From the NCBI RefSeq assembly GCF_963506605.1, contig NC_083276.1:61504001-61568000 (forward strand): a stretch of DNA of 64,000 nucleotides. The letters are read 5' to 3'. The translations under genes and the position numbers were made by a program. This document shows, piece by piece, positions 53,175 through 64,000 of the stretch; position 1 is the first letter of the stretch; each line of letters begins with the position of its first letter. Source of the stretch: Zootoca vivipara. Lineage: Eukaryota. The notes below the pieces were generated by a model. That model was not told the origin of the DNA and did not search any database. It saw nothing but the letters and a program-made list of their open reading frames with translations.

Positions 53175-54604
53175 CATGGAACTACCGTAGCAAAAGGCCT
53201 GTTTAGATTCTAGTTGCCCTTTCCTTTACCATTACTGTATTAACTAGGGATGCTGCCAGATGACCTGTTTATTGAGCATTCATCCTGATTTGAATAGACA
53301 AATTGGCTATTTAAAGAGCATTCATTCTGGTTTGTTTGTGGGGTGGTTAGATGACATTGCATCAAAGCAAGTGTTATGCCACACGTCCTAGTGCATTTCC
53401 CAAACAATTTTCTTACCTCAACAAGTCTGATATTTGGGGGGACTGGATTTGTTGCACAAGACCTTCCAACCAATTTCATTTGCGCAACCAGAATTTGCCA
53501 GTATGCAACTAAATCCCACCCCAAAATAGCAGCACTCTAGAAGCACCCTGGAGAATTAGAAGAATAAGAATGAGAGAAGAATTTGTTTCATAATAGCAGC
53601 TGAAACTTTGCTAGGGTCACCAGAGAATTCAGTGTTCGCAAATGACGAGTCAAAGGCTTTCAACCCATTTGACCCCCAGAAGCTACTTACACATTTTGGT
53701 GTATTATGCATAAATTCTTTAAGTCAGCAAATAAAGCTAAGCATTCATAATTCCCAGTAGCTGTGGAAGCTGCACTTTCTTTTCCTGAAACACTTTTTTT
53801 CTTCAAAGGATTCTTTTTTATCATTATGTCAGCAGGATACTTTTACCACAAGATGAGAAGAATTATTCTTTTTTTCTTTCCTGGGGTAGTATCTTCTCAT
53901 AAAACTAGAGCATCTCTTATTAATGATTCCATTGTTTTGTTTGTACTTCTGCCCTGGTTTAAGAAGACCTAAATATTTGCTACTTTCATCACTTTAGACA
54001 GGCAAGTGGGAAAGTATCTGTTTTTCTTTTTAAAAGAGCCTATGTAATAAATCTTGTGGAGCCTTTTATATATATTGTTCTCACACCAAAAGCCCCTTTT
54101 CCATTGACCTATTTCTAATTTTTATATTTCACATTTCCACCATCCCAATTTCAATTAGCAACATAGTACAAAAATTTGCCTAAGCAAATTCAGGATGCCT
54201 ATTTAATATCACTGATATAATTATCAACTCCCAAACACTGTATTGTTAAAAGGATACTTCTGTCAGCCAGCAGGAATCTACATGAGCTCTATCAATGAGA
54301 TTCTCTTCTTATGGCATCTAATTCATCTGTCCTGTCCTCCAAATCACCATGCCCATCTACTTGTGCAACATTATATAAGAGTAAGTTAGGACTCTTAAGG
54401 AATAAATGGTTTTGTTTTGATGGACAAGAGCTTGTCATGCACCAGAGCTGATGGAAGAAGGGGGCACACGAGAGTGACTTCAGCAGCTGCTTTCAGTGTT
54501 TTTGCTTCAACATTTGAAAGGAGAGCTTGTATCCCAAAAGACTGTGATTGATTTCCTATGGTGATAGGAAAGAAGCATAAGTTCTATTCTACTAGGTGGG
54601 TGTT

Positions 54605-54867
54605 TGTTATGTACTGTTGATTGGTCCACAGGAGCCACCCAATCCAGCTCCAGGTGAATCTGCAACCTGATTGGCCTGCAGGAGCAGCCAATCTGCAGCC
54701 TGATTGGCCCACAGGTACAGCCCTGAAGTAGCCAATCACTCAAGGCCCATTGTGTAAATAATGTATATAAGCAGACATTTTGGGGAAAGAGCCATTCTTC
54801 TTCTCCTATTGCTACTACAAGTCGAATAAAGAGCATGAAATTCACTCTCGACTCCGAGTATATTTCA
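54605..54867 (+). mobile_element. Solo LTR
   Basis: TG...CA ends, 5-bp TSD gtgtt, six CCAAT/ATTGG motifs, TATATAA at 54764, AATAAA at 54825. Confidence 0.8.
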
Positions 54868-55065
54868 GTGTTAGACTGGAATCTCCAAAAAGTGATATAT
54901 AGACATCATATTTTAATGGGATCCTGCGTATACAGAACAAAACTAGTATAGAACCAATCTATACAAACAATACTAGAAAATTGGTGAGCATAATCCTGAC
55001 TCTATGAAGTACACACATTCTGTTTAAATGTATATCTGTCCTAAAGTCATTATGAATGAAATACG

Positions 55066-55067
<2 letters not shown>

Positions 55068-55117
<50 letters not shown>
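55068..55117. repeat. (CT)n microsatellite
   Basis: Direct reading. Confidence 0.9.
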
Positions 55118-55120
<3 letters not shown>

Positions 55121-55274
55121 TTCTTTAAATAATAGGACTGGACTACAACATACATACTTGGCTAGAAATTAATGGGACTTTTGAATACAAGTTCTTTTTA
55201 CCATAATATATCAGGGAGAGTCAAAAACTGATATGAGCACCACTTAACACCTCTTTAGCTTTTACTGCTTATCC

Positions 55275-55427
55275 CAGGGCCAGCTCTAGGGGTAGGCTGG
55301 GTGGCGCCGGGGCACTGGGCCAGCAGGGGCGCTGCGCTGCGCGCTGCACCCGCCCACTAGGGCGGGGGCACCGGAGCGACCTCCGCACCACGACGTCAGG
55401 GCGCCCGACATGCTTGAGACGGCCCTG
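55275..55427. mobile_element. GC/CpG-rich hAT-type MITE
   Basis: cagggcc/ggccctg ends; TSD gcttatcc/gcttatct. Confidence 0.75.
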
Positions 55428-55617
55428 GCTTATCTGTAGCATCCAAATGAAACATTGCTTGCATTAAATATGGGGAAGTAGAGTCCTATGTTTACCATTA
55501 AGGCATTGACATCAAAGACTCCTGAAAGCCCTCTAACCTAAGCCTAAGATGGTAACAAATTGTGTCCTCCCTCAAAGAGGGCATGTGTTGCAGTGAGACC
55601 TGGCAACCAAACCCTTG

Positions 55618-56342
55618 TGTTGTGGGTGGGTGCGATTGGATAGCCACAACACCCTATTAGTAGGTCCCTTGATGCTGGGTTTAATCTCACCAATGGGACG
55701 CTAGCCAAATGGATCAAGGGACCTATATAATATGTCTATGCACGTGACCGTGAGCTTTCTCTCTTGGTCAGTGCATCGGAACCACCCACCTCTCCCTATA
55801 TTTAGGGCTTGCGCGCTTGACCTTGCTATGCCGTCGTGTGTCATCTGTCGTTGGGACAGGGGCATGGCAGGAATTTTCCCCACTTGGCTGATTGGCTGGT
55901 GCCATTCGGGTTTCACCTGCCACGTAGCAAATCGTCACGACTTGTAAGGTTGCAGATAGGCTCTGGCTCAGGTGATAGGGATGGGGGAACGCTCTTGCCA
56001 TCCCTATGTGAAGGGTATTCCGTTAAAGGAATCCAGGGACTCAATGGTTTGGTCATCCCTGAGAGGAGGTGTGCCTGAGTCTAGGGGGACACCTGGGTGG
56101 TGGACATAGCATGCCCCCGGCTTTCTGCCATTCCAGGTGTTCACCCTAGGCTGACCTATAGTAGTGCCCTGGGTCAGCGCTACCTGCAACGGTGCAGGGA
56201 GCTAGTCAAACCAGAGCCTATGCAACCACTCACTTGCTGTAATCAATAAAGTTGTGGTCTAAATTTTGCCAAAAACCAAACCAAAATTTTGAGTCTTGTG
56301 TGAATTTATTCAAGGGGGAGGTTTAAAGGTCTAAACACGCCA
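55618..56342 (+). mobile_element. Putative solo LTR
   Basis: TG start, ctatataa, aataaagttgtgg poly(A) block shared with the 36906 element; no TSD found. Confidence 0.5.
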
Positions 56343-58757
56343 AAAAGCACTCTGCAGATGCTAAAAGGAATCCTTCCATTTATTATTAATTTACCTATTC
56401 CAGGACATAGACCCTTCCAGGCAGAATAGGTCCTAGAGTTCATCACTGTCAAACCCTAGCTCAGATTTAGGCCTTACTGCGCATCTCACAGTTACCTGAC
56501 ACCTAGACACTCCATAAAGCAGAGGTGGACAACAGCCGCAGGGCTTATGGGACCATCAGCCTAATATTAAGCAGCTCTCAGTCTAATTTCAAAAGCCTTC
56601 TACAAGCGATCGGTTCAGAATTCTGGCAAGATTGATCTGTTCCTCTCCCAGCAACATTCAGGACAAGTAGAAACTGAGGGTGTAGCAGTGAGAGAGAAAG
56701 AAAATGGGGTGTCAGGAAAAGAAATGACTGCCTATAGTCAACAGCCCTCAACATATGGTTTGTCAAGGAATGTATTATAAAAGTTTATAATACTGAGCTG
56801 AATTCCATTCCTTGAAGTGTGTGCATTTGTTACTGAAGCCATTAAAAGACAAGAGCAAGAAGTTTCACAGCAAGATAAAAGGAAGAATCATTTTGATGGC
56901 TGATGTTCTTTTTTCCCTATTGCAGGGATCAATGCTCTTAATATAACAGATCAACGTATATATGAGTTCAATAAAATAGCAGCTTCACAGATCAGGAAAA
57001 AAACACAAAGAAGATTTTGAATGCTTTCACGTCTACCTGTAAAGCAGAATTAGTAGTAGAGTATATTATTAAGTTCTTAACCTGAGGCTGTATTATTTAG
57101 ACTTATTTGTTTAGAATCCCGGATGAATGGAAATTGCCACTTTCTAAGGAGCCCAATTAATTCATGAAGCTATTGTCTTGTTTCTGAGGGGAATTAATTG
57201 AGCATAAGAATCATGCTCTCTTGAATGTGTGTTCATTAGCTTTCCAAAAGAGCCAGTTTCTAATTAAAGCTCCAGGCATAGACAATGGATAGAGCCAATC
57301 CAGCCAAAGTTAAATACTCGTAAGTACCATTGATTTCAAAGGGGTAGATGTGAGCTCTTTCAGTGAAATAAATGGAACTTCACAGTGTTTAACTTGAGAT
57401 GGTTTCTATGCAGTACAGTCTATGTGCACAAGCACCAGCCAAAAGTTGGAGGGCTGCCAGACAAATGCTTCTTGTGGGATCTGTGGTGTTCGCACAAAAT
57501 CATCAACATCAAAATGCAGTTTCATACAGATTTACCTTTCATGTGGAAAATACAAGAAGCTAAGAGATCCTGTTGCCAAGGATATCTGAGTCCTATTGAG
57601 GTCATTGGGACTTTGCAGTGTGAACAAAGCCAGCTTGTGCTGGCACAGAAAGAAGTATAGCCAATGAGCTGATAGCCAGTTTGTCTGACAAAAGACCTGC
57701 CCAAAGGTTAGGAGATGGGCAATCTGAAATGGTGTCAGGTAAGTATTCTGAGCAGGGCTGGGCCCACAAAAGGCACTTGATTCCTAAAAGTTGTGTGTGC
57801 ATGTGCTTGCTGCAGTCAACACTGCAGCCAACATATATTTACAAGTGACACCATACCTAGGACCCTGGTTATGCAGAGATCCCCAGAGGCTTCTACATAT
57901 AAATAAAGCTATACATTGCACTGCAGACATTTCCATGCTTTCAGCTGAATACAAGGTGGCGGGCGGGTGGCTTGTAGGAATGCTGACACCAAGAACATGG
58001 CCGGCAGGCACACTTCTGTTCTGTATTCTTTCCCACAGGGGGATAAGTCCTTTAACTTGTGGAAATACAAGAAAAGGAATGTGAGTAGCACTCTACCCAA
58101 TTACCCCCGACAAATTAAACCTACTCTTGCCTCCCAGTGTTCTGGCTGTACTAGGCACTTATTTTTTATATGAATACAATACAATTTTGTTTTAGTAATA
58201 TTTACTACTATCGAAGAACTTTAACATAGCCGACTTTGATTTAAGTGCTAGCTGTTCTGCACACACCACAGTGTGAGATTCCAGGGGCTGCAGGCACACT
58301 TACCAGGGTCTGTGTTCTCTTTTGGGACAGTGAGGCACAGCAGAGACTGTGGTGTCTTTATGATATATGGTTTTATTTACAAGTATATACAACCTGCACC
58401 TAGATGGAACGATTGCAGAGCACTCACATTCTATAAGGATCTTCCTTTCCCCTTAAGGGCATCATTGGATTCAAGGGACAGCAAAAAGCCATCCTCTGTG
58501 TCTCTTTGTTCCAGCCTGATCAATTCCATCTCACATGGAGTTCTGTTCTTCCTTCTTTTCACTGCTAACTGACTCCAAGGACCTTCCTTCAGCCTACATC
58601 ATGCAAAGCTGAAACCCTAAACCTGGCCTCGGCCTCGGCCCACTCACACCCAGCAAAGAAGGGACCTCATAGCCTCTTGCCTGGCAGTCTTTCCCTCTGA
58701 TGGTTTCCTTGATGGGCATCACCGCATCTGCCTTTGTCCCCTGCTAATGGCCCATCC

Positions 58758-59087
58758 CTTGCTGGTCAGAAGGTCGGCGGTTCGAATCCCTCTGACAAGG
58801 TGAGCTCCCATTATTTGGTCCCTGCTCCTGCCAACCTAGCAGTTCGAAAGCATGCCAAAAAGTGCAAGTAGATAAATAGGTACCGCTCCGGCAGGAAGGT
58901 AAACGGCGTTTCCATGCACTGCTCTGGTTTCGCTAGAAGCTGCTTAGTCATGCTGGCCACATGACCCGGAAAAACTGTCTGCAGAAAAACGTCGGCTCCC
59001 TCGGCCAGAAAAGCAAGATGAGCGCCGCAACCCCAAAGTCGTTTGCAACTGGACTTAACTGTCAGGGGTCCTTTACCTTTACCTTTT
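58758..59087 (+). mobile_element. Sauria SINE, 5'-truncated
   Basis: GGTTCGAATCC B-box, Sauria-type body, (ACCTTT)n tail, 13-bp TSD taatggcccatcc. Confidence 0.85.
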
Positions 59088-59671
59088 TAATGGCCCATCC
59101 AGCTGGCTCTGCCAAAGTGGCTTGGCTCATTAGCATAACTAAATCCAGGAGGTTTCTGTGTTTGGCAAAATTAAATCAAACCTTGATTATTTCTAACTTT
59201 TGCTAAAGCCAGGAATTATGGGGAGTCTGCCCCTCCCCCAATTAATAACGCTACCCTGCGTACTATCTCACTCCCAAGGGATGGCATTTAACTAAGTTTT
59301 ATTAAGGGCCGCTGAAATTAATGGATATGACTTAGTCATTAATTTCAGTGCACCTACTATGAGTAAAACTTGGGTGAATACCACCTAGAATGTCCAGCTA
59401 TGGGCTGCTGTAAGATGTCTTTTATCTTTCTATATTTTACCTCCATTGCTTCTTCTCCTATCTTCAGTAGCTGGAGAGAAATTCCTCCTCTCCCTTCCTT
59501 CGGATACTCTTTTAAATATGTGAAAACAAACAAATGGCCTCTTTTACTGAAACAAGGTAGAATGACACATCACTTTACTCAGTGTATCCTTGCTTTATTT
59601 TAATTATATTGCCAAGTCTAATTTCAGTTGCCTTTTTTCATACTTAAGTTGGTGTTGGCTTTGTTTTGTAT

Positions 59672-59676
<5 letters not shown>

Positions 59677-59734
<58 letters not shown>
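59677..59734. repeat. (TC)n(TG)n compound microsatellite
   Basis: Direct reading. Confidence 0.9.
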
Positions 59735-59735
<1 letters not shown>

Positions 59736-60363
59736 TGCAAGCTGTCCTTTCAAGTGTGTGACTGAGAGGGAAATATTAACTCCTCTGTTAAAAGGAAAAG
59801 AACATCTGGCGCATAAGATACATGCAAGTCAAATATATGGAGTTAAAGATTTCTCTCTGGGGAGTGCAGAGGACTTTGGCTTTCCAAAGGCAAAGCTCTC
59901 ATTAATGATTACTTCCTCAAGTAAGCAGACATGCTTCCTTATCTCTTTATATTGAAGGTCAGCAGAACAATAAGCCAGGGTTTTCGCATGCATCCTGAAG
60001 CGATAAAAGACCCATCCCCACCCCCATCCCAGGCACTCAACTAGTTTTATATTGCCAAAGTGTTCTCGCAAGGTTTCTATGTTCTCTGCATGCCACAAAC
60101 ATCCTAATTATATTTAGTGGGGGCAATAAAGCTTGACCTTTGTCAATCTCTGCCTGCCATCTATTGCCACTTTCATTGTACACATTTTGACTTGCTAGTG
60201 GCACATTTTGTTCAAAGATTGTCAAAGTTATTCACACTTCACATGTTCACTTACGAATATGTGAACGGGTGTAGGGAAGCAATTTGAATTGATTTCAAAT
60301 CTATTCACTTTCATATTTGACCGGAGAATACATTTTCAGAATAGCCCATAAGTAACCATTGTT

Positions 60364-60722
60364 ACTTATGCTGCTGGAGGAGACTCTTGAGAGTCCCATG
60401 GACTGCAAGAAGATCAAACCTATCCATTCTGAAGGAAATCAGCCCTGAGTGCTCACTGGAAGGACAGATCGTGAAGCTGAGGCTCCAATACTTTGGCCAC
60501 CTCATGAGAAGAGAAGACTCCCTGGAAAAGACCCTGATGTTGGGAAAGATTGAGGGCACTAGGAGAAGGGGACGGCAGAGGACGAGATGGTTGGACAGTG
60601 TTCTCAAAGCTACGAACATGAGCTTGACCAAACTCCGGGAGGCAGTGGAAGACAGGAGTGCCTGGCATGCTCTGGTCCATGGGGTCACGAAGAGTCGGAC
60701 ACGACTAAACGACTAAACAACA
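60364..60722 (+). mobile_element. BovB 3' fragment
   Basis: Encodes RVPWTARRSN...KSRTRLND; (CAA) tail; TSD aaccattgtt (60354-60363 / 60723-60732). Confidence 0.9.
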
Positions 60723-61399
60723 AACCATTGTTTCTCAGAAGCCCCATGGGTAACATAGGCCATAAATGGGCTGGGGAAACTGTTTTCAAGATGCTCCCCT
60801 GAAACCACACATCAGCTGCAGGCTAAGAAGAAAGGCTTAGCAAGGTTGCACAGCAGCGCTAAGCCAGATTCGTAAGAGAAGAGTCCCTTTAAGAAGAAAA
60901 TCTTGCATTTGCCTTTGGTAGAAGAAAGTTCATCTTGCAGACTCCACAGCCTAGCCTAAAACAGGGCTGAATCATTCATATGGTCTGGCTTGGATGACCA
61001 TGAATATGTGGAGGATCAGTCTGCTACCAATATGTACATTAAATTACAATTTCCCAGACCTTGAGGGCTAGGTGCATGAAGGTCAATAGAATAACAGTTT
61101 ATTTACATATTAAAGTTCCCTGCGTGCACAGTGATTCGCATCGCCAATGGTGGCCCATAATATGATAGCTGAGGGCACTTTGCATGTATTCTATCGAGTT
61201 GACCTTGCCATGGAGTGCAGCATATTTGAATTACTTGTACATGATAAAGCATAATCCCACTAATAGTGAGGGGAATAATCACAGCAGGATCTCCCAAAGA
61301 AGTAATATTCCAGTGAGAATCTTCCCATGTTTGGGTACCACTTGCAACTATAAACCTCACATGCATCTTAGAATGTGCATGGCATTTGTCAGGCTAAAT

Positions 61400-61632
61400 C
61401 AGGCATCCCCAAACTCGGCCCTCCAGCATAGCTGCCAAGTTTTCCCTTTTCTCACGAGGAAGCCTATTCAGCATAAGGGAAAATCCCTTTAAAAAAGGGA
61501 TAACTTGGCAGCTATGCCTCCAGATGTTTTGGGACTACAATTCCCATCATCCCTGACCACTGGTCCTGTTAGCTAGGGATGGTGGGAGTTGTAGTCCCAA
61601 AACATCTGGAGGGCCAAGTTTGGGGGTGCCTG
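61400..61632. mobile_element. Palindromic hAT-type MITE hosting a CATAG MITE
   Basis: TIR caggcatccccaaact; TSD ggctaaat/agctaaat. Confidence 0.85.
61427..61516. mobile_element. CATAG-ended 90-bp MITE nested in another MITE
   Basis: Same TIR; 7-bp TSD cctccag. Confidence 0.88.
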
Positions 61633-62484
61633 AGCTAAATAAATGCAACCAAAATGAACAATGGACAAAAATCAATTCTGCAACCACAAGGTGGCAGCCT
61701 CTTCATATTTAACTCTAAACTTTCTCCTGAAGTTTCTTATCTTGAATTGACCACAAGAAATATTTCTGTGACCATCAATTTTGATTTGACAGAGAAACTA
61801 TGTGAAACAGGCCCCTTATCATGTCCTAAATCTGTTAACAGTTTGGATAAAATGGTTGCCCCATATATCTCAGCCATCAATGTGTCCCCGCAATGTCAAA
61901 TGGCATATTTGGTAAGTGACTCAAGCCGAAACAAAGAGTCAAAAACATTCCAAATACACCCAAGCTTTCCTATTTGGGTATTCAAATTTTGAATTAGAAA
62001 TTTCCAGTTTTACATTCACATTGGGATTTTGAACATGCATTTTTTTATTTAAAAAAAAACAGAATTCAAAGTTCAGATATAGATATTTCTTGATTCTTGT
62101 GGTTTTGCTCTGATTCATTAGGGTGTAAATGTGTTAAATGAAGAAAGAAATAGTACTCCTGTACAAATATCCTTTTTAAAAAAGCAACTTCCAAACATCG
62201 GTACCACTTCTTTCTCATGAATTAGATCTAGCCAGGAATCCATTTTTAGTCCTCAGGAACAATTAAATGCATCAAATAAATGGTGTGGGTGGCATATTTC
62301 TAAGAAAATATGCACAAATCCACAAAGATAGTACCAAAAGACATTGGGATTTCTCAATTGCTCCTCCCTGTAATTTTACAATGTAAAAAAAATAAATGGG
62401 AAAGTGGATTTGGAGCACAAGAATGATTGGATGCAAAAGAAAGAGAAATCGGGGAAATCAATGCATGAATATCCTTTTGTGAAG

Positions 62485-62680
62485 GAAGGACCATAGCTCA
62501 GAACTAGAGCACTTGTCTTGCAAGCAGAAGGTCACAGGTTCAATGCATGGAAGCCAGGGTGGACTAGGTGAGAACCCTGCCCACGCCCCTGCAGATCCAC
62601 AGCCAATCAATTTAGATGACACTGAGGCAGATGAACCAATGGTCTGAATCAGTGTTAGGCAGCTTTCTCTGTTCCTATGT
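62485..62680 (+). mobile_element. Degenerate tRNA-derived SINE
   Basis: A-box tagctcag...agagc and B-box-like ggttcaat followed by a non-tRNA body; related fragments near 4575-4682 (-) and 18240-18410. Confidence 0.55.
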
Positions 62681-62793
62681 ACCCATCCAAAATGCACGAG
62701 TTGAAAGGTATGTAATTGGGACCAACAGAACTAACATTCCCTCCACGTTACAGTCTGGGCTGTTGTTTAAACCTCTGCCTGGGCAAATCAAAG

Positions 62794-62883
62794 CATAGCT
62801 GCCAAGTTTTCCCTTTTCTCGCGAGGAAGCCTATTCAGCATAAGGGAAAATCCCTTTAAAAAAGGGATAACTTGGCAGCTATG
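62794..62883. mobile_element. CATAG-ended 90-bp MITE
   Basis: Same TIR; TSD aatcaaag. Confidence 0.88.
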
Positions 62884-64000
62884 AATCAAAGCAATGAAGG
62901 AAAAGCTGCCACATTCGATAACATTAAGCAGACTGTGCACACAATATTAATTAATTAAAATAACAATAATGATAATAATAATTAATTCAATCACTATGTT
63001 CTCTAAGGAAGAAACAATCCTACAGTTATGTTAAAGGGAGAAACTCTGTCCTTAAATACTGCCACCTTTTTCATTTGATTTTCAGTACATAGTTTGTTAA
63101 CAGAGCGATTTCCCTCCCTGTGTGAGAGGTTACATTGGGATACTGACATTTCAGTCCTGCACAGAGCTTCCAAATTAAACAAGGAAGCTGTTTTTCCACC
63201 ACTGCAAATTGAAACAATACCCAGGACTTTCCCTGGTTTTGCTCTTTGACAGGCAAGAATGAAAAGGCATAAGCTGCAGCCCTCATATAATTTCTCTCTG
63301 TTTGGAGATCCATTTGTCGTGAGAGACTATACCTACTAAGAACTAGAGTTTACCTGTATGCAGCAGCACTTGTTTTTCAGGTGATTGATTGATAAACTTC
63401 CACAATTACAAATAAGCACTGCATGCTGTGTTTAGGCCATTTATATTGATGTACCTGAATGAACCATTAATGGCCTAGCTTGATAGATGACTGAAAGCAC
63501 AAATATTGAGGTCTGAGAGCACATGTGATATAAATCATGCTCTGGCTTTGATAATAGACATTATATTAAAAAAATTCCTTCTGGTTTCTGAACTCGCGTG
63601 ATTACTTCTGCAAGCACGAAACCCAGCAAAATCAAACTAGAAATTTTCCTTCTAAAGGGGGGGGGGCTCCTAGAACCTCGACTAAAACTAGCCTTAGAAT
63701 CTGGGACACAGCTGGTAAGGGCTGCAAATCATCTCCTGGGTGCAGGCCTTAATTTTCAGCTAGCAGGAGAGACCATAAAAGGCTGTCTCAGGCTGTGCTT
63801 CAAGCAGTGTGCTGTGGTTACTCGTTCTCCCTCCATTCTGTGTTCTTTTCTTGTCTGAGCTCTGCTCCCTGTTGTTTGTTGCTGCTTAAATGAACTTTCT
63901 GCCACGTTGAAAAGAAATAATTTTGTCATAATTTGTGTCAGCCAAAGTTTATGTTGTCCTTTCGTCCTGCTGTCCTTCCATCAGGAGGAAGTTTTTGTGT

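Noticed and set aside
52366-53177. 144- and 175-aa ORFs with repeated peptides
   Set aside because: They are translations of the MITE palindromes and the LTR-like host, not a gene.
55318-55335. CTCF-like ccagcaggggcgc in the GC-rich MITE
   Set aside because: One G short of the core spacing, so not a convincing match.

Overview
Eukaryotic genomic DNA from a squamate reptile, judged from the Sauria SINE, BovB and squamate-type MITE content; a lacertid lizard is only a guess. The window holds two convergent multi-exon genes in the arrangement I recall from mammals. The + strand carries the last 12 coding exons of ANO3 (anoctamin 3/TMEM16C; 1033-14739, stop TAG at 14737-14739). The - strand carries the complete 15-exon SLC5A12 (SMCT2; ATG at 45578, stop ending at 20905, 1902-nt CDS = 633 aa). 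All exon boundaries were read by hand, are GT-AG and are phase-consistent. The remaining ~18 kb upstream of SLC5A12 has no recognisable host gene and contains an assembly gap (48744-48920). Introns and intergenic DNA are dense in mobile elements: BovB, CR1, L2, Sauria and tRNA-derived SINEs, solo LTR-like elements, and Tc1/mariner-type and hAT-type MITEs. I see no clearly new biological system. The most interesting signals are in the mobilome: a very young 90-bp CATAG-ended MITE family with 7-8 bp TSDs, a longer palindromic relative carrying YY1/ETS-like motifs, a palindromic MITE core with interchangeable TIR sets, and several nested insertions.
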